Assembly: GCA_021200895.1 (NCBI GenBank)
Contig: JAJQFX010000088.1
Coordinates: 1 to 16,345 of the forward strand
Direction: 5' to 3'
Length of the DNA stretch: 16,345 bases
Origin: Clostridiales bacterium
GTDB lineage: Bacteria; Bacillota; Clostridia; Oscillospirales; Oscillospiraceae
Positions 14,428 to 16,345 of the stretch are shown here, piece by piece (within the stretch, counting starts at the first letter, position 1; each line of letters opens with the position of its first letter). Both the position numbers and the translations under genes were made by a program. The notes beneath the pieces are model-generated. The model had not been told where the DNA came from. It saw only the letters and a program-made list of their open reading frames with translations, and ran no database searches.

Positions 14428-14543
14428 ACACCGAAGGGCATATGACAAGGAGGCCCCGTGACCAGCAAGGCCACAGGAACGATGGACGCCGGACACTTTT
14501 GCATCCGGTTTTCCACAATGGTATTGTAACACAGGCGGGCGGG

Positions 14544-14577
14544 ACAAACGGGACAACTTTCACCCGTCTGTTTTTTT
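14544..14577 (+). terminator. Terminator-like hairpin plus T7, plus-strand orientation, overlapping the stop codon of the minus-strand regulator gene
   Basis: ACAAACGGG-acaactttca-CCCGTCTGT pairs at 8 of 9 positions and runs into TTTTTTT (14571-14577). In the minus orientation the A7 precedes the hairpin and no U-tract follows it. Confidence 0.45.
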
Positions 14578-14961
14578 GAGGTACCGGTAACAAGTCTTTT
14601 TGACGCTGTCCGCCGTATTCCCTCCGCCGACGCTGGTGGCCACTTGCTGCCACGACAGCCCGTTCACAAACCGCAGCCTGAAAATCATCCGGGTCAGGCT
14701 GTCATCAATGTCCGCGATGTACCGCTCCAGCCGGTTCCGCTCGTGAATGCACTGGAGGTGTTTGGCGTCAATGATGGCTTGCAAGTCCACGATCTCCGCC
14801 GCAAGGCGCTCCACGCTGCTGGAGTTGTCCCCGCCCCCCGGCAGTCCGGTGAGGCTGGGGGAACGGGGAGACGCTTTGCTCCGCAGTTCTGCCAGCCGCT
14901 GCTTGTCCAGCTCGATTTCCCGATTCAGCCAGTAGAGCTGGGATAACTCCTGAATGGTCAT
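14560..14961 (-). CDS. DUF1492-like protein with sigma-70 region-4-type HTH; probable late-gene transcriptional activator (RinA/ArpU-type role)
   Basis: ORF track entry, with an ATGA overlap onto the upstream gene. The N-terminal coiled segment is LYWLNREIELDKQRLAELRS, followed by GLPGGGDNSSSVERLAAEIVDLQAII. The C-terminal DSLTRMIFRLRFVNGLSWQQVATSVG...SVKKTCYRYLKK looks like a region-4 HTH. It sits upstream of the packaging genes. Confidence 0.7.
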   Translation of the reverse strand: MTIQELSQLYWLNREIELDKQRLAELRSKASPRSPSLTGLPGGGDNSSSVERLAAEIVDLQAIIDAKHLQCIHERNRLERYIADIDDSLTRMIFRLRFVNGLSWQQVATSVGGGNTADSVKKTCYRYLKKTDG

Positions 14962-15593
14962 GCGTCCTCACCCTGGGAGAAGATGCTTTCCTGGTTCGCC
15001 TCCTCAGCCGCCCGCGCCCGGCGGGGGTTGGTCAGTTCCGCCTCCATGGCAAAGGTGAACTCCTCCAGTTCGTTCTTCAGTTCTCCCGTGCTGGGGTATT
15101 CCTCCAGGTCGATGGGCAGAATGATGCCCACCAGTTCAAACCCCTCCTTCGCGCAGAGATAGGGCAGTCCGGTGGTTTTCGCCTCCCGCACCGTGTAGGA
15201 CAGGTATTCCGCGTCCCGCACCGGCTCCAGGTAGGCGTCCCGGACAAACAGGTGCCGCACGCTGTCCCCGGCCCGGTATTGGAAGCACCGCAGCACAGTG
15301 CCATGCCATCCCACGGTGACGGTCATCATTTCCGCCTCCAGTTCCTCCGCCGTCTGGTTGGCCGTGTCCAGCACAGCGGGCAGTTCCCCTGTCTCGGTGT
15401 AGAAGTTCTTCTCCGCCCTGTCACTGACATCGTACAGGGTGAAAAACTCCCCCGCGTTCTCCAGCGGCGGCGTCCCCGCCATGCACCACAGGCAGCCCCC
15501 GTCGCCCATCCATTGCACCAGGGGCCAGCCCCCTGTCAGGATGTAAAGCCGCTTGCTTTTCTTCACGATGGTGATTACTTTGCTGTATTTCAT
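14958..15593 (-). CDS. Hypothetical protein (211 aa), function unknown
   Basis: The track ORF 14958-15863 has a Gly/Arg/Pro-rich N-terminal extension that overlaps the RecU-like gene out of frame. ATG 15593 overlaps the upstream stop (ATGA) and has GGAGGAGGGG upstream. The product starts MKYSKVITIVKKSKRLYILTGG... and has an acidic C-terminus. Confidence 0.7.
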   Translation of the reverse strand: MKYSKVITIVKKSKRLYILTGGWPLVQWMGDGGCLWCMAGTPPLENAGEFFTLYDVSDRAEKNFYTETGELPAVLDTANQTAEELEAEMMTVTVGWHGTVLRCFQYRAGDSVRHLFVRDAYLEPVRDAEYLSYTVREAKTTGLPYLCAKEGFELVGIILPIDLEEYPSTGELKNELEEFTFAMEAELTNPRRARAAEEANQESIFSQGEDA

Positions 15594-16345
15594 GTTTTTT
15601 GCCCCTCCTCCGCCAAATTTGACAGGAAATACACGGTGCTGCCCGTGTATTTGACCTGAAACGGCCCCAGCTCCGTCTGGTTCATGTACTTGTGGCCGCA
15701 GATGGCTTTCATGTCCCGCCAGACATCCCACGGGACGAAGTAGGCGTTTCCGCCCAGGCCCACCGCCACGCCGCAGACCGCCCCCAGCTTCCAGTGCCGC
15801 TCCGGCTCCTCCGCCTGGGTCTCCGTCAGGGCGCTTTGCTCGATGCGGTCTTTCCCGGTGCATTTCGCGTCAAACAGGATGGAAACCCCCTGTCCCCACA
15901 GGCGCACCGTCCCCTGAAAGTCCACCTGCGCCTTTCCGATGAACCGCCCTTCAAACAGGCCGTTGCCCTTCTTTTTCAGCACCCGGAACCCCTCCGGCGT
16001 TTTGTCGATTTCCGCCAGGCCCTTTTCCCGGTAGAACTTGCACCCCCGCTGAATGGCCTGCTCAAAATAGTGCCCCTGGGCGTTGTTTTTCGCCGCCCGG
16101 TAAGACCGCTTCGCGGCCTCCTCCCGCTGGTGCTGCAAGTCCGGCTCCCGGTCTGCCGCCTGCTCTGTCAGCAGCTCGCCCGTTGCCGTCTCTCCGCTCG
16201 TGTGCAGCAGGATGCGCAGTTCCCGGTCTCCCTGCCGCACGGCGACGATGCAGCTCTCTCCCTCTGGGTCTTTCCAGAGAATTTTCCCTTTCTGCCTGGT
16301 TCCGCCCGGCTTCATGGCAAAGGTGATGTTGTCTCCCTCTCGCAA
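15590..16345 (-). CDS. recU: RecU-like Holliday junction resolvase with an N-terminal extension; 5' end may lie beyond the window
   Basis: ORF track entry, open to the window edge. The C-terminal ~160 aa (GHYFEQAIQRGCKFYREKGLAEIDKTPEGF...VDFQGTV...ILFDAKCTGKDRIEQSALTETQ...GAVCGVAVGLGGNAYFVPWDVW) matches the RecU pattern (G..fE..I...Y, D.xG, F[ED]AK, Q/E). The ~90 residues upstream are unassigned. Confidence 0.75.
   Translation of the reverse strand: MREGDNITFAMKPGGTRQKGKILWKDPEGESCIVAVRQGDRELRILLHTSGETATGELLTEQAADREPDLQHQREEAAKRSYRAAKNNAQGHYFEQAIQRGCKFYREKGLAEIDKTPEGFRVLKKKGNGLFEGRFIGKAQVDFQGTVRLWGQGVSILFDAKCTGKDRIEQSALTETQAEEPERHWKLGAVCGVAVGLGGNAYFVPWDVWRDMKAICGHKYMNQTELGPFQVKYTGSTVYFLSNLAEEGQKT

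Noticed and set aside
14458-14529. 23-codon plus-strand mini-ORF behind AAGGAGG (GTG start)
   Set aside because: I did not call it as a feature. The SD-start spacing is only 4 nt, it uses a GTG start, the peptide is unremarkable, and no supporting promoter is evident. It is mentioned only as one possible reading of the structured gap.
14286-14560. Possible tRNA or other structured RNA gene in the long intergenic gap
   Set aside because: I could not fold any segment into a cloverleaf with conserved T-loop or D-loop features. The hairpins present are simple stem-loops. A covariance-model scan (tRNAscan-SE/Infernal) would be needed to exclude this properly.
15594-15863. N-terminal 90-residue extension of track ORF 14958-15863 (MHRERPHRAKRPDGDPGGGAGAALEAGGG...), and likewise the 30-residue extension of track ORF 13842-14285
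   Set aside because: The extensions are Gly/Arg/Pro-rich, overlap the upstream gene or non-coding DNA, and lack an RBS. Internal starts with strong SD sites (ATG 15593, GTG 14195) give normal-looking proteins.

Overview
All credible genes in this 16.3-kb window lie on the minus strand. Together they form the late (packaging, head, neck, tail) module of a siphovirus-type temperate phage or prophage. GGAGG/AGGTGA-type ribosome-binding sites and roughly 55-70% GC in the structural genes suggest a high-GC Firmicute (Clostridia-like) host; that is inference only.

Gene order, reading right to left:
- RecU-like Holliday-junction resolvase (5' end off the window)
- unknown 211-aa protein
- DUF1492 / sigma-region-4-like late regulator
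- a structured gap of about 360 bp
- packaging-type HNH endonuclease
- a GC-rich gap (candidate cos)
- small terminase candidate
- large terminase, with its reading frame broken at an A7 run
- SPP1-gp6-like portal
- MuF/gp7-like head protein with an extra low-GC C-terminal domain
- a tightly coupled AT-rich ORF of about 70 aa, followed by two terminators
- scaffold
- HK97-fold major capsid protein
- four neck proteins
- major tail protein
- G/GT tail chaperones with a clean A_AAA_AAC -1 frameshift site
- 943-aa tape measure protein
- a short Dit
- a Tal/tail-fibre gene carrying near-identical 210-bp tandem repeats. It is missing from the supplied ORF track because it has no stop inside the window.

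I saw no rRNA, tRNA, CRISPR array, transposase or integrase. The long plus-strand ORFs are antisense shadows of real genes.

The best candidate for something new is the cassette of MuF C-terminal domain, small ORF and terminators (about 9285-10140). It has the architecture of a phage-packaged polymorphic toxin with its immunity gene, but I cannot assign the effector domain to any known fold by eye. All family assignments rest on my reading of the translations and on gene order. No database search was possible.
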